Below the pieces are notes generated by a model. It saw nothing but the letters and a program-made list of their open reading frames with translations. It ran no database searches and was not told the DNA's origin. The position numbers were made by a program, and so were the translations under genes. Positions 21,866 through 32,574 of a stretch of 64,000 nucleotides of DNA are shown piece after piece; within the stretch, counting starts at the first letter, position 1, and each line of letters opens with the position of its first letter. The stretch is from Thermoplasmata archaeon (GTDB lineage: Archaea; Thermoplasmatota; Thermoplasmata; Thermoplasmatales; GCA-001856825). The DNA lies in the NCBI GenBank assembly GCA_021792255.1, contig JAJYUZ010000003.1:137405-201404 (forward strand), in the 5' to 3' direction.

Positions 21866-22033
21866 GAAGAAGTCAGAAATAGAAGATATAAAACGGTTAC
21901 GTCAGAATTGTATTTACTTGAAGAATCAGAGGAAAGGAATCCGTCGTACGCTAACGTGCTCACAGTGGATCGATGAAAGAGGAGATAAGAATATAAAAAG
22001 AAAATTAAGGAATGGAATGATGGTTACGATTGC

Positions 22034-23659
22034 TTAGTCTTCATCACCACCGGGTCTTCCTCCCGGCGGTCTTGGAGCTCCACCGCTAGTGGCTTTCGTC
22101 GCAATTACATCGTCGATCCTGAGAATCATAACCGCTGCGTCGGTAGCGCTGTCGATTGCCTGTCTTCCTACCCTGATCGGTTCAATAACTCCCAGATTTA
22201 ACATATCTATTGGTTTTCCCTTTATGACGTCTACGCCCGCATTCTTTTTTCCATCAGCGTGTTCTTTTTTCAGGGAGATTAGTATTCCTATCGAGTCGAG
22301 ACCTGCATTTTCAGATAGGGTTCTCGGAACGATTTCCATTGCTTCCGCGAACTTCTCGATTGCGAGCTGTTCCCTTCCGCCAACGGATGCGCTGTATTCC
22401 CTGAGTTTCATTGCAATTTCTACGGCTGCCGCCCCGCCACCCGGAATAATCTTTCCATCCTGCAGTGCTGCAGCGACCACGTGCAGCGAGTCGACAATGC
22501 TTCTCTCAATTTCGTCAACAACGTGTTCCGTTCCACCCCTTACGAGTATGGAAACTGCCTTTGGATTCTTGCAACCGGTCACAAAGGTAAGATGGTCCTC
22601 TCCGATCTTGACTTCCTCAACCCTCTCTGCGTTTCCAAGGTCTTTGGCGGTCAGGTCGTCCATGTTCGTGATAATTTCTCCATCGATGGCCTTTGCGAGC
22701 TTTTCGATATCGCTCTTCTTCACTCTTCTCGCCGCATAAATTCCTTCCTTTGAGAGATATGCCATCGCTAGATCGTCAATTCCCTTCTGTGTAAGAACAA
22801 CGTTTGCTCCAGTTGCCTTAATCTTTTCTACCATTCCACGAAGAATACTCTCTTCCTGTTTCTTGAATTTAGTAATAGATTCCGGGTCCTCGATCCTTAT
22901 CGAAGTGTCGAACTCCGGTTTCTTGATTTCGAGTGCTGTATTGAGCAGTGCTATCTTTGCCTTGTTGACCAAGACGGGCATTCCTGGATGGACTCTCTCC
23001 TTGTCAACTATGACTCCCTGAATCAACCGAGTGTCGTCGACAGAACCTCCCTGCTTCTTTACCAGCTGGATGTCATCGAAATCGACAAAGCTCTTGTCGC
23101 CCCTCTCTTGGGCAACCTGCAAAACGGACTTTACCGCTATATCAGCAAGCTTGGTCTTTGACGTTGAAGCTCCCTTGGAGTTAAGTGCAGTGTTGGCAAT
23201 CTTTAGAAGCACTTTCTCGTCCTTCCCTACTGGTGTGGAAATGTCGTTCAGAACTTCTTTCGCTTTCTCTGCAGCCATCCTATAACCGGACGCTATCACC
23301 GTCGGATGGACGTTCTGGTTAAGCAGATCTTCTGCCTTCCTCAGGAATTCTCCAGCAAGAATTGCGGCCGTTGTCGTACCATCTCCAACTTCCTGATCCT
23401 GTGTCTTGGAGACTTCGACCATCATCTTTGCTGCCGGGTGATCGATATCCATTTCCTTTAGAATTGTCACACCGTCGTTCGTAATAACGATATCACCGAG
23501 TGAATCGACAAGCATCTTGTCCATTCCTCTTGGACCCAGCGTTGTTTTTACAGCATCGGCAATCGCCTTTGCAGCACTGATATTGTTTTGCATTGCATTC
23601 TTTCCAGATTCTCTCTTTGCTCCTTCTTTTAGAATAAATATTGGCTGTCCTGGCATCAT
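22034..23659 (-). CDS. ths: thermosome subunit (group II chaperonin)
   Basis: 541 aa. Motifs: [36 protein letters not shown]-rich C-terminal tail. Confidence 0.95.
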   Translation of the reverse strand: MMPGQPIFILKEGAKRESGKNAMQNNISAAKAIADAVKTTLGPRGMDKMLVDSLGDIVITNDGVTILKEMDIDHPAAKMMVEVSKTQDQEVGDGTTTAAILAGEFLRKAEDLLNQNVHPTVIASGYRMAAEKAKEVLNDISTPVGKDEKVLLKIANTALNSKGASTSKTKLADIAVKSVLQVAQERGDKSFVDFDDIQLVKKQGGSVDDTRLIQGVIVDKERVHPGMPVLVNKAKIALLNTALEIKKPEFDTSIRIEDPESITKFKKQEESILRGMVEKIKATGANVVLTQKGIDDLAMAYLSKEGIYAARRVKKSDIEKLAKAIDGEIITNMDDLTAKDLGNAERVEEVKIGEDHLTFVTGCKNPKAVSILVRGGTEHVVDEIERSIVDSLHVVAAALQDGKIIPGGGAAAVEIAMKLREYSASVGGREQLAIEKFAEAMEIVPRTLSENAGLDSIGILISLKKEHADGKKNAGVDVIKGKPIDMLNLGVIEPIRVGRQAIDSATDAAVMILRIDDVIATKATSGGAPRPPGGRPGGDED

Positions 23660-23695
23660 TTAACTGGACACCTCTGTTTCCGTATTTTATTCTTC

Positions 23696-23703
23696 TATAT
23701 AAA
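23696..23703 (-). promoter_or_regulatory. TATA-box candidate (TTTATATA on the minus strand) for the thermosome gene
   Basis: Lies 37 nt upstream of ATG 23659. A GAGGTG Shine-Dalgarno-like element sits between the box and the start. Confidence 0.4.
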
Positions 23704-23814
23704 TGTGTTTGAACGAAGAAATTCAACACATTCAGGAAACTTTGACACAGAGCCGTTTTCTCAGCGCTTTGCCCAATGGAAATCAAGATATATAGAATAA
23801 AGATTAGCTGTAAC

Positions 23815-23887
23815 GCCACCGTGGCTCAGTCGGTAGAGCAGCTGATTCGTAATCAGCAGGTCGGGGGTCCGAATCCCTCCGGTGGCT
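23815..23887 (+). tRNA. tRNA-Thr (anticodon CGU)
   Basis: Hand-folded cloverleaf: acceptor GCCACCG/CGGTGGC, D stem GCTC/GAGC, anticodon stem GCTGA/TCAGC with loop TTCGTAA, T arm GGGGG-TCCGAAT-CCCTC. No encoded CCA. Confidence 0.9.
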
Positions 23888-23917
23888 TGACCAATCGAGT
23901 TGAAGGGCTCTTTTTCG

Positions 23918-25078
23918 TTAGACCTTTTCTAGCGCGGATGAGATGTCTTCTAGGAGATCCTCTTTATCCTCTATCCCCACCGATAACCTTACAAGATCGT
24001 CGGTCACTCCGACCTTTTCTCTCACTTCCCTTGGAATTCCTGAGTGGGTCATAAGGGAAGGCACTTCTATTAGCGACTCCACTCCACCTAGACTCTCTGC
24101 AAGTGATATATAGCGCAGATTCCCAACAAATCTCTTGACACCATCTAGATCTGAATTCAGTCTGAACGAAAGCATTCCACCATATCCTCTCATCTGCTTA
24201 CGGGCAACTTCGTGATTCTCGTGATCTTTCAGTCCGGGATAGTAGATTTTTTTTACCTTCTTGCTGTCTTTTAAAAGCGATATCACTTCACCTGCATTTT
24301 TTTCGTGTTCTTTCATCCTTATGGCAAGAGTCTTGATTCCCCTCATCGTCAGATAGCTATCGAACGGTGAAAGTACTGCACCTATTGCATTCTGGTTGTA
24401 TTTCAACGTGTGGTAATGCTCATCGTTGTTCGTGATGAGTGCTCCTCCCAGAGAGTCGCTGTGTCCGTTAATGTACTTTGTTGTGCTGTGAACCACAACA
24501 TCTGCCCCTAGGTCTAACGGGTTCTGAAAATAAGGTGACGCAAACGTGTTGTCCACAACAGCCATTAGACCGTTCTTCTTCGCCTTCATAGACACCTCCC
24601 TTATGTCTACTATCCGCAGGAGCGGATTAGAGGGGGTTTCAAAGTATATCATCTTGGTCCTATCTGGGATCGAGTCCAGCGACGATGTATCCGTAAGGTC
24701 ACGAAGCTCATAGGAGATTCCCGCATTCGAAAGTACCCTGCGCAGAAGTCTTTCCGTCCCACCATACAGGTCATCCGCTGCTATTATGTGATCACCGACC
24801 TTCAGGAGCGACAGAAACATTGTAGTTTCCGCGGCAAGGCCAGATGCAAACAGGAGCCCGTACTTACCATTCTCAATTGAAGCAATCTTCTTTTCCAGAG
24901 AAAGTCTGGTGGGATTACCTGTCCTCGTGTAGTCATATCCTTTAGTAGGCTCTAGAGGATCATTTCTTGCAAATGTAGTAGTGAGATGGATTGGAGAGAC
25001 CACATCACCTGTCCCCCTGTCTTTGTCAGGTTCCTCTCCTACGTGAATTGACTTTGTTGAAAATCTCATAGAAACCAC
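23918..25078 (-). CDS. cystathionine gamma-lyase/gamma-synthase family PLP enzyme
   Basis: 386 aa, Cys/Met-metabolism PLP family (VVHSTTKYINGHSD PLP-lysine motif, ESLGGVESL). Confidence 0.8.
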   Translation of the reverse strand: MVSMRFSTKSIHVGEEPDKDRGTGDVVSPIHLTTTFARNDPLEPTKGYDYTRTGNPTRLSLEKKIASIENGKYGLLFASGLAAETTMFLSLLKVGDHIIAADDLYGGTERLLRRVLSNAGISYELRDLTDTSSLDSIPDRTKMIYFETPSNPLLRIVDIREVSMKAKKNGLMAVVDNTFASPYFQNPLDLGADVVVHSTTKYINGHSDSLGGALITNNDEHYHTLKYNQNAIGAVLSPFDSYLTMRGIKTLAIRMKEHEKNAGEVISLLKDSKKVKKIYYPGLKDHENHEVARKQMRGYGGMLSFRLNSDLDGVKRFVGNLRYISLAESLGGVESLIEVPSLMTHSGIPREVREKVGVTDDLVRLSVGIEDKEDLLEDISSALEKV

Positions 25079-26040
25079 TAGATGAATCCGTTGTCCCTCA
25101 TCCAGTTATCGTTGTAAATTTTGCTCAGATATCGATAACCCGAGTCGGGAAACAGGACCACAATGTTCATCCCGTCGAATTTCTCGGCAACCCTCATTGC
25201 GGCCACCATCGCAGCCCCAGACGATCCTCCGGCAAAGATTCCCTCCTCTCTTGCAAGTTTCCTTGTCATTAGGAAACTCTCCCTGTCGTCTACCCGTATG
25301 ATGTCATCAATGATGGAGAAATCCACTGCCTTCACGAGATAGTCTTCTCCTATGCCCTCCACTTTGTACACGTGGGGTTCCTGAAGCTTTCCCGTTTTGA
25401 AATAATCGTAGAATACGGAGCCCATCGGGTCGACGCCTATGATTTTCACTTTTGAGTTCTTCTCCTTGAGAAATTTCCCTACACCAGAAATGGTCCCTCC
25501 TGTACCTATTCCTGCTACGAACACGTCTATCTGGCCATCCATCTGCTCCCATATTTCGGGACCCGTTGATATATAGTGCGCCTCAATGTTGTCAAGATTG
25601 TTGTACTGATCCGGATAGAATGCTCCCCTCTCTCTCGCCACCCTGCTTGCGACGCTGTAATAACTTTCTGGAGAGTCGTGGGTCACATCGGTTCTCGTGA
25701 CTAGCACCTCGGAGCCATAAGCCTTCATAAGGTTGATTTTTTCTTCGCTCATCTTGTCAGGTATCGTGATCAAACACGAATATCCCTTCACTGCCGAGAT
25801 CATGGCTAAAGATGCTCCGGTGTTGCCCGATGAGTTCTCTACAATACTGTCTCTGAACGAGCCTGATTTCCTAGCTTTCTCAAGAATGTGTTTTGCCATT
25901 CTGTCTTTGACGCTCCCGCCTGGATTGAAAAACTCCAGTTTCCCATAGAAGCTGTTGCGTTTGTCTACGACCTTGTTTATTCTAACGATAGGGGTGTTCC
26001 CAATTGTTTCGAGAATGGTATCATAAATTTTCATTTTCAA
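25078..26040 (-). CDS. cystathionine beta-synthase / cysteine synthase family (fold-type II PLP), no CBS-pair domain
   Basis: 320 aa. Motifs: IGNTPIVRIN, NPGGSVKDR, SSGNTG, GTGGTISG, and the CBS-like segment YKVEGIGEDYL. Confidence 0.8.
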   Translation of the reverse strand: MKMKIYDTILETIGNTPIVRINKVVDKRNSFYGKLEFFNPGGSVKDRMAKHILEKARKSGSFRDSIVENSSGNTGASLAMISAVKGYSCLITIPDKMSEEKINLMKAYGSEVLVTRTDVTHDSPESYYSVASRVARERGAFYPDQYNNLDNIEAHYISTGPEIWEQMDGQIDVFVAGIGTGGTISGVGKFLKEKNSKVKIIGVDPMGSVFYDYFKTGKLQEPHVYKVEGIGEDYLVKAVDFSIIDDIIRVDDRESFLMTRKLAREEGIFAGGSSGAAMVAAMRVAEKFDGMNIVVLFPDSGYRYLSKIYNDNWMRDNGFI

Positions 26041-26317
26041 CTTCCTGTCAACAATCCAAATCTATCTTATAATTCCTCTGCGACCTCACTAAAGAAATAT
26101 GTGGCATCACCAATTTAATTCTAGGATGTATTAGTGTGCCTCCCGTTCTCGCATTTTTTCTCGAACCTGGTGCATTCCGTAAGTCCCCGAATGAACCCCT
26201 CGCCCTCTAAAAGAACCGTGATTTTTGCACCTGACTGCTGGAGCCTTTTCAAAATCTATAATCTTCAGTTGCCTTTTGAAATGAAATTGGAAAAAATAAA
26301 AAAAAAGGAAAGGTAGA

Positions 26318-27856
26318 CTACTTCTTGCCACCTGCTCCGGGGGCAGTCACTTTCTGAGGCCTAGCTACGCCCACAACCGCCGAACCTACCACTGTGACTA
26401 ATAAATTCACCACTAGCGCAATGAGCCCGACATACAAGAATCCGAGAGGTGTGTTGAATTTGAAGAAAGTAGTAGCTAGTGAAGTAAATTTGAACTGCAC
26501 GAAGTTTGCATAGAGAAGCATTGTCAGTCCCGTTATCATTCCTGCTGCCCATCCCACTCCAACCGACCACTTTTCTAGTTTCTTAGTGTACAATGCAAGG
26601 AATATTGCTGGAAGGGTTTGCAGGACGATGATACCTCCGACCAACTGCAGCTGCAAAGAATACGTAGCCTGAATTAAAAAGATGAATGCCAGTGCGATGA
26701 ATTTGAACATTACCGAAAAGTACTTCGACATTCTTGCTTCTGTTTTTGCTGTCATTTTTGAATAATATGGCTTTATGACGTTCCTGGTCAGCAGATTCGC
26801 CTGAGAAATGGCCATTATCGAAGCGGGTACAAGTCCACCGATGAATATTCCCAGGAATGCAAATCCCACAAACCATGGAGGGAAATATGCATAAATCAGT
26901 GACGGAACTGCGGTAACGACGCCATACATATGAACTAGTGCTAGAGCTTTAGAGGAGCCATATACCAGTAAACCAAACAGTGCGAGCAGTGCCAGCCCCA
27001 CTCCATAGATGGGTAGAAGGGCCGTGCTCATTCTCAGTTTCTTCGTGCTGCTAGTGCTGAGAACTCCGTTGATCGCGTGCGGATACAGGTACAGCGCGAG
27101 AGCACTCATTATAGATAGACTGACGAAACCATTAAGATACAGAGGAGCAAGGGTGGCACCACCTGTAGGAAGCTTTGGTAGAGAAGAAATGGCGTGACCA
27201 AAACCACCTATGTAAATCGGGACGAGAACTATTACGACAATGACCGTGGTAAAAATGATGACATCCTTCATGACAGCTGTTACCACCGCTCCCCTGAGCC
27301 CGCTGGTAAAAGTGAAAGCTGCAAGTATTATGAACGCTATGATCAGAGATATTTCTGTCAAAGTAGCGGCATTGCTAGTCACTAACTGACCTATCATTAC
27401 AGTAAGTACTGCCTGCATACCGTAAATCTGAAGTGCAATGTACGGCAGCTCAGCGACTATTCCCGTCAGTGCGATGATAAGTGCAAGGGTTCTGCTGTTG
27501 AACTTGTCCCTTACCATGTCGACCGCTGTTACGTAGTTGTTAGTCTTTGCCATTTTCCATAGGCGAGGCATCGTGACCATTGCAACTCCAAACGTCATTC
27601 CAACGTAAGGAACTGCATAGTAGAAGACCGCTCCCTTTAGGAATACCGACTCTGGGATAGCTATGAAAGTATAGGCGGTATAGAGGTCAGCGCCTATCAA
27701 GAACCAGGCGAGATAACTACCAAGTCTGCGACCGGCTAATGCCCACTCTCCAAGATCGCTCAGGTCACCTTTCCTAAATCTGGAAGACCAGAATCCAAGG
27801 GCTACGAAAAGAACGAACAGACTTACGAATACTAAAACGACCTCAATGTTGTTCAT
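26318..27856 (-). CDS. sodium:solute symporter (SSS) family transporter
   Basis: 512 aa with about 13 TM. The N-terminal GRRLGSYLAWFLIGADLYTAYTFIA pattern is typical of the SSS family. Confidence 0.75.
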   Translation of the reverse strand: MNNIEVVLVFVSLFVLFVALGFWSSRFRKGDLSDLGEWALAGRRLGSYLAWFLIGADLYTAYTFIAIPESVFLKGAVFYYAVPYVGMTFGVAMVTMPRLWKMAKTNNYVTAVDMVRDKFNSRTLALIIALTGIVAELPYIALQIYGMQAVLTVMIGQLVTSNAATLTEISLIIAFIILAAFTFTSGLRGAVVTAVMKDVIIFTTVIVVIVLVPIYIGGFGHAISSLPKLPTGGATLAPLYLNGFVSLSIMSALALYLYPHAINGVLSTSSTKKLRMSTALLPIYGVGLALLALFGLLVYGSSKALALVHMYGVVTAVPSLIYAYFPPWFVGFAFLGIFIGGLVPASIMAISQANLLTRNVIKPYYSKMTAKTEARMSKYFSVMFKFIALAFIFLIQATYSLQLQLVGGIIVLQTLPAIFLALYTKKLEKWSVGVGWAAGMITGLTMLLYANFVQFKFTSLATTFFKFNTPLGFLYVGLIALVVNLLVTVVGSAVVGVARPQKVTAPGAGGKK

Positions 27857-28170
27857 TTCTTTCCTGCCTCCATCTTATTCAGCATAAACGCAGCACACGT
27901 GTAGAAAGCAGCCGTAACAAAAAGCCAAAGGACCTCGAACCAGTAAAAGAACGTCAATCCGAACAGCCTCGGACCGGCCTGGTTGTAGAGTGGCGTCAGA
28001 GCAAAGACGACTATTGGGATAAGCAAAAGAAGCGCCACTACAGTTTTCTGTGCGGTTGTCCCTTTGACCTCAAGTGACAGTTCGTCAACACTTACTTCAC
28101 TCGTTGTCATTTTTAACCGATATGTGCTATGAAGATGGTCGTATTTATATTTGTTTGAATTTAGTGTCAT
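27853..28170 (-). CDS. small 2-TM membrane protein, translationally coupled to the SSS transporter
   Basis: 105 aa or shorter (internal Met available). Two hydrophobic helices. 4-nt overlap with the downstream symporter start. Confidence 0.5.
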   Translation of the reverse strand: MTLNSNKYKYDHLHSTYRLKMTTSEVSVDELSLEVKGTTAQKTVVALLLLIPIVVFALTPLYNQAGPRLFGLTFFYWFEVLWLFVTAAFYTCAAFMLNKMEAGKK

Positions 28171-28235
28171 TGTAACTGTTTAAGTGTTCTGCAAACGTGG
28201 GTCAAGACTGATAAATTATTAATCTCGAGACTGAC

Positions 28236-29672
28236 TTGCGTGAAGTGGAGTACAAGTGGACGGTTCTTTCCAATACCACACTCGGTACTTTGATGGCTTC
28301 TCTCGATTCAAACATAGTACTGATATCTCTTCCTACAATTGCCAGAAGCCTTCCAGACACCACAATTCTTGATCTGCTCTGGATACTCATGGGGTACACC
28401 CTGGTCACGGCTGCTGTACTGGTGAACTTCGGTAGACTCTCAGATATGTTTGGAAGAGTCAGACTGTACACAATCGGTTTTGCAGTGTTCACGGCTGGAT
28501 CAGCTCTCTGCAGCTTATCACAGATTGGACCGGAACTGATCGCATTCAGACTGGTTCAGGGAGTTGGAGCAGCATTTCTTTTTTCAAACAGCGGGGCAAT
28601 TATCACGGACGCTTTTCCGGAAAAAGAGAGGGGAGAAGCGCTGGGAATCAATCAAGTTGCGATAGTTGCTGGCTCTGTCTCCGGTCTCGTGCTCGGAGGG
28701 TTGCTCACGTATACTATCGGTTGGAGGTCCATATTCTATGTTAACATCCCCATAGGAATAATCGCGACTATCTGGGCTCACCACAACCTAAAGGAACTCG
28801 CAGTCATAAAGAGAGGTCAGAAGATCGATATCGTTGGAAATGTTTCATTTGCAGGCGGCATAGGATTGATTCTCACTGGAATCACATTTTATGCGACCGC
28901 ATCTGCCGGTCTGAAAACGGTCATTGCAATGATCGTTGGCGGAATCATCATCTTCTTATCTTTCATAGCGTTTGAGCTGAGAACAGATCATCCCATGTTC
29001 GATCTAAAATTGTTCAGAATTCGATTGTTTGCCGCTGGTAATTTTGCTATATTTCTTAATGCCTTGGCTAGAGGAGCAGTAACTTTTGTGCTGGTATTTT
29101 ATCTCCAGGGTCCCACAATGAAATTGAATCCTTTCGCTGCAGGTCTTTTCTTGGTTCCAACTTCAATTTCACTCTCTTTCTTTGGTCCGATAAGCGGCTG
29201 GTTTTCAGATAAGTACGGCGCCAGACTCATCTCGACTATTGGGCTAATCGTTTCGGCCATAGGATTCCTGTTTCTGACTCGTTTGGGACCGATCACCACC
29301 TTCAACAGCCTTCTATTACCACTGGTCCTGGTAGGAAGCGGGATGGGCATCTTTGCTTCTCCAAATAGGGCATCTATAATGAATTCCTGTCCCTCTCCCG
29401 AAAGAGGGATTGCTTCAGGAATGAGTTCCACGCTAGTAAATGTCGGGAGCATATTCAGTATGGGAATGGCGTTCTATGTCATGTCGTTAGCAGTACCAAT
29501 GACAAGTCTTGCGGGCATTTTTCTCGGAACCTCACGTAGTGGAATTTCTGGCCCTTTGATACAATCATTCATCGGTTCTATCCATTCTCTCTTTTTCATA
29601 TCAGCCGTAATTCTGGCCATAGCAATTGCACCATCCGTCCTGAGGGGAAAGAAGAGCCTGGTCTCTCAATGA
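28236..29672 (+). CDS. MFS transporter, 14-TM DHA2 (EmrB/QacA)-like
   Basis: 478 aa. Motifs: LDSNIVLISLPTIA, GRLSDMFGRVRLY, and 14 hydrophobic segments. TTG/GTG start is uncertain. Confidence 0.75.
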   Translation: MREVEYKWTVLSNTTLGTLMASLDSNIVLISLPTIARSLPDTTILDLLWILMGYTLVTAAVLVNFGRLSDMFGRVRLYTIGFAVFTAGSALCSLSQIGPELIAFRLVQGVGAAFLFSNSGAIITDAFPEKERGEALGINQVAIVAGSVSGLVLGGLLTYTIGWRSIFYVNIPIGIIATIWAHHNLKELAVIKRGQKIDIVGNVSFAGGIGLILTGITFYATASAGLKTVIAMIVGGIIIFLSFIAFELRTDHPMFDLKLFRIRLFAAGNFAIFLNALARGAVTFVLVFYLQGPTMKLNPFAAGLFLVPTSISLSFFGPISGWFSDKYGARLISTIGLIVSAIGFLFLTRLGPITTFNSLLLPLVLVGSGMGIFASPNRASIMNSCPSPERGIASGMSSTLVNVGSIFSMGMAFYVMSLAVPMTSLAGIFLGTSRSGISGPLIQSFIGSIHSLFFISAVILAIAIAPSVLRGKKSLVSQ

Positions 29673-29751
29673 ACTGTCGAATAGAAACCCATTTGTTGAT
29701 TCAAATTTAATCGTACCGAAAATTTTTAAAACTCTAATCAACTTTCAAGTA

Positions 29752-30594
29752 ATGCATCCCGATTATGCGAAGATTAAACTCCCTACTGGAGAGACTTTTT
29801 TCGACACAAAGAAGGAAGTCGATTCGCTGAATTTGCACACGGTGTGCGAGGAAGCAAGATGCCCCAATAAGGGAGAGTGCTGGAGTGATGGAACCGCGAC
29901 CTTCATGGTCCTCGGTAAGAACTGCTCTAGGACATGCAGTTTCTGTTCAGTCACTCACGGTTTCGTTCAACCGCTAGATCCTCTAGAACCTCTCAATGTT
30001 GCGACCGCCGTAAGGGAAATGGGGTTGAAGTACGTGGTGATAACTTCAGTCGATCGAGATGACCTTTCAGATCAGGGAGCGCATCATTTTGCAAATGTCA
30101 TAAGAGAAGTCAAGAAGACTGGAGCAAGCGTCGAAGTGCTAATCCCTGATTTCAGGGGAAACAAGGATTGCATTGACGAAATTTTGAACGAAACCCCCGT
30201 AGTGCTTGCCCACAACGTCGAGACGGTCAGAAGGCTCTCACCGACCGTAAGAGATCACCGTGCAAGTTACGACCAGTCTCTAGAAGTTCTCAGGCACGCA
30301 GCATCCAAAGGCTTCGTTACGAAATCGTCAATAATGCTTGGACTCGGAGAAACTGACGAAGAAGTTACTGAAACAATGAGGGACCTGAGGAATGTTGCTG
30401 TCAGCCTCCTCACGATTGGTCAGTACCTCAGACCATCCAGGGTCCAGTTACCGGTTGTGGAGTACAGCAGACCAGGAAGATTTGAAAAATTGAAGGAAAT
30501 TGGATACGAACTAGGTTTTCAGTACGTTGCTTCTGGACCCCTTGTCAGAACATCCTATAAGGCCGCAGAGGCGTGGACTATGCGGAGGCACTGA
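29752..30594 (+). CDS. lipA: lipoyl synthase (radical SAM)
   Basis: 280 aa. Auxiliary cluster motif CEEARCPNKGEC and radical-SAM motif CSRTCSFC. Confidence 0.9.
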   Translation: MHPDYAKIKLPTGETFFDTKKEVDSLNLHTVCEEARCPNKGECWSDGTATFMVLGKNCSRTCSFCSVTHGFVQPLDPLEPLNVATAVREMGLKYVVITSVDRDDLSDQGAHHFANVIREVKKTGASVEVLIPDFRGNKDCIDEILNETPVVLAHNVETVRRLSPTVRDHRASYDQSLEVLRHAASKGFVTKSSIMLGLGETDEEVTETMRDLRNVAVSLLTIGQYLRPSRVQLPVVEYSRPGRFEKLKEIGYELGFQYVASGPLVRTSYKAAEAWTMRRH

Positions 30595-31613
30595 ATATGG
30601 GTATTGTGGGAAATCTTTCAAACGAGCAGACAATTTCGGCCTATAAGACGGCTGTCCTCGCGCGTACTCTCGACATAAAGATAATAAATGCACAGAGGCA
30701 GGGAATCATAGGATTTCACGTCCCCAATCAGGGGCAAGAAATGATACAGATTGCTATCGGAATGCTTTCTGAAAAGGACGACTTTATTTTCAATTACTAT
30801 CGTGATTTGGCCCTTTTGCTTCAGAGAGGTGTACCCCTTTCGCTCATTTTCGATCAGATGCTGTCAAACAGCAACGATCTTCAGAAAGGGCGACAGATGC
30901 CAGACCACTTCTCGTTCAAAGAGTTCAACTTTACTACTGTGCAGAGCCCAGTTGGAGCCCACCTCCCTCTGGCAGTGGGGGCTGCATATTCAATCAAGTA
31001 CACCAAGAAGAAAGGAATCGTGATTGCTACATTCGGCGATGGCGCGACATCTACCTCGGATTTCCACGCTGCGCTGAACCTCGCCTCGGTCTACAATCTG
31101 AGCGTACTCTTTGTTTGCGAGAACAATGGCTGGGCAATATCGCTTCCATCGAGCAAACAGACAAAAGCAGAGATCTACAAGAAGGGAGCCGCGTACAATA
31201 TTCCCGGTAAGAGAGTCGATGGAAACGATCTAATCTCATCCCTCTTGGGCCTTCAAGAAGCTCTAAACTATGTCAGGGATGGAAAAGGACCGTATCTCGT
31301 TGAGGCAACGACGTATAGGATAGGACCTCATTCCACATCAGACGATCCAAAAAAGTACAGGTCAGATGAGATAACAGATGGCAGCGAAAACGATCCGATC
31401 AGGAGACTGGAGAATCTGATGCTTAAAATGGGGGTAGTTGATCCCAGTTTCATTCAATCGGTCAAGGCGCAGGCTAAAGAAGAGATCGACAAGACCATGG
31501 ACGAAAGGATGACCATTCCTCCAGTGGACCCCTCCACAATGTTCGATGATGTCTACGAGTCGCCGTCCTGGATCCAGGAAGAAGAGAGGAGGGAAATGAA
31601 TGACTCAGATTAA
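30573..31613 (+). CDS. 2-oxoacid dehydrogenase E1 alpha subunit (ThDP-dependent)
   Basis: 346 aa. GDGATSTSDFHAALN...CENNGWAIS ThDP-binding motif. An alternative start at ATG 30597 would remove the overlap with lipA. Confidence 0.85.
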   Translation: MDYAEALNMGIVGNLSNEQTISAYKTAVLARTLDIKIINAQRQGIIGFHVPNQGQEMIQIAIGMLSEKDDFIFNYYRDLALLLQRGVPLSLIFDQMLSNSNDLQKGRQMPDHFSFKEFNFTTVQSPVGAHLPLAVGAAYSIKYTKKKGIVIATFGDGATSTSDFHAALNLASVYNLSVLFVCENNGWAISLPSSKQTKAEIYKKGAAYNIPGKRVDGNDLISSLLGLQEALNYVRDGKGPYLVEATTYRIGPHSTSDDPKKYRSDEITDGSENDPIRRLENLMLKMGVVDPSFIQSVKAQAKEEIDKTMDERMTIPPVDPSTMFDDVYESPSWIQEEERREMNDSD

Positions 31614-32565
31614 CATGGTCCAGTCGTTAAATAAGTCCCTAGACCAGCTCATGGCAGAGGACGAGAGAGTGATAGTTCTCGGTGAGGACGTAGGAAGGGA
31701 TGGAGGAGTGTTCAGAGTGACTGATACTCTTTTGAACAAGTACGGTGAAGAGAGGGTGATCGATACGCCGTTGAGTGAGCTGGGCATAATTGGGATGGCT
31801 GCAGGAATGGCAATGCACGGATTGAAACCTATTGCAGAAATCCAGTTCCAGGATTTCATCTACCCTGCATTCGATCAGATAGTCAACAACATCTCAAAGA
31901 TAAGATACAGAACCGGTGGCAGATACAGCATTCCTTTGGTCATCAGAACGCCCTATGGTGGCGGAGTCAGGGGCGGTCTGTACCACTCTCAGAGTGGAGA
32001 GTCATATTTCGTGCACACCGCCGGTCTTACCGTGATCACGCCCTCAAATCCTTACGATGCAAAGGGCCTCCTGGTATCGGCCTACAAGAGGAACGATCCA
32101 GTAATTTTTCTAGAGCCAAAAAGACTATACAGATCTGTCAAGGCCGAGGTACCGGACGGACTTTTTGAAATCGAAATCGGAAAGGCAGCCAAGTTGAAGG
32201 AAGGGGACGAAGTATCGATCATCACATATGGTAGCATGGTTCCAACCGTGATGAATACCGTTGAGAAGAATGGGATAAACGCTGATGTAATAGATCTCCG
32301 GACGCTCCTGCCTATGGACATTGATGCCATAATTAAAACAGCCAAGAAGACTGGCAGGGTCATCACCGTTCACGAAGCCCCGAGAACCCTGGGAGTCGGA
32401 GCGGAGATATCGGCCCTAATTGCTGAGAGGGCACTTGATTCCCTTCTAGCTCCAATAGTGAGGGTCGCGGGATACGACATTCCTTTTTCGTATTCTCACG
32501 AAGACCTGAACATTCCCAGTGAGAAGAGAATAATGAGTGCCATTAATAGGGTTCTAGAGTATTGA
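31600..32565 (+). CDS. 2-oxoacid dehydrogenase E1 beta subunit
   Basis: 321 aa. Motifs: GEDVGRDGGVFRVT, DTPLSE, EIQFQDF, and a C-terminal transketolase-C domain. Confidence 0.9.
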   Translation: MTQINMVQSLNKSLDQLMAEDERVIVLGEDVGRDGGVFRVTDTLLNKYGEERVIDTPLSELGIIGMAAGMAMHGLKPIAEIQFQDFIYPAFDQIVNNISKIRYRTGGRYSIPLVIRTPYGGGVRGGLYHSQSGESYFVHTAGLTVITPSNPYDAKGLLVSAYKRNDPVIFLEPKRLYRSVKAEVPDGLFEIEIGKAAKLKEGDEVSIITYGSMVPTVMNTVEKNGINADVIDLRTLLPMDIDAIIKTAKKTGRVITVHEAPRTLGVGAEISALIAERALDSLLAPIVRVAGYDIPFSYSHEDLNIPSEKRIMSAINRVLEY

Positions 32566-32574
32566 GGAGTTGAC

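Noticed and set aside
23776-24054. 92-aa ORF spanning the tRNA-Thr(CGU) gene and the 3' end of the cystathionine lyase gene
   Set aside because: It overlaps a well-folding tRNA and the antisense strand of a convincing CDS, with no independent support.
26041-26317. Short ORFs 26131-26331 (minus) and 26134-26316 (plus) between the CBS-like gene and the symporter gene
   Set aside because: They are mutually overlapping on opposite strands and compositionally odd (K/R/F-rich), with no family resemblance. The region more likely holds the promoter of the CBS/CGL operon and the terminator of the symporter.
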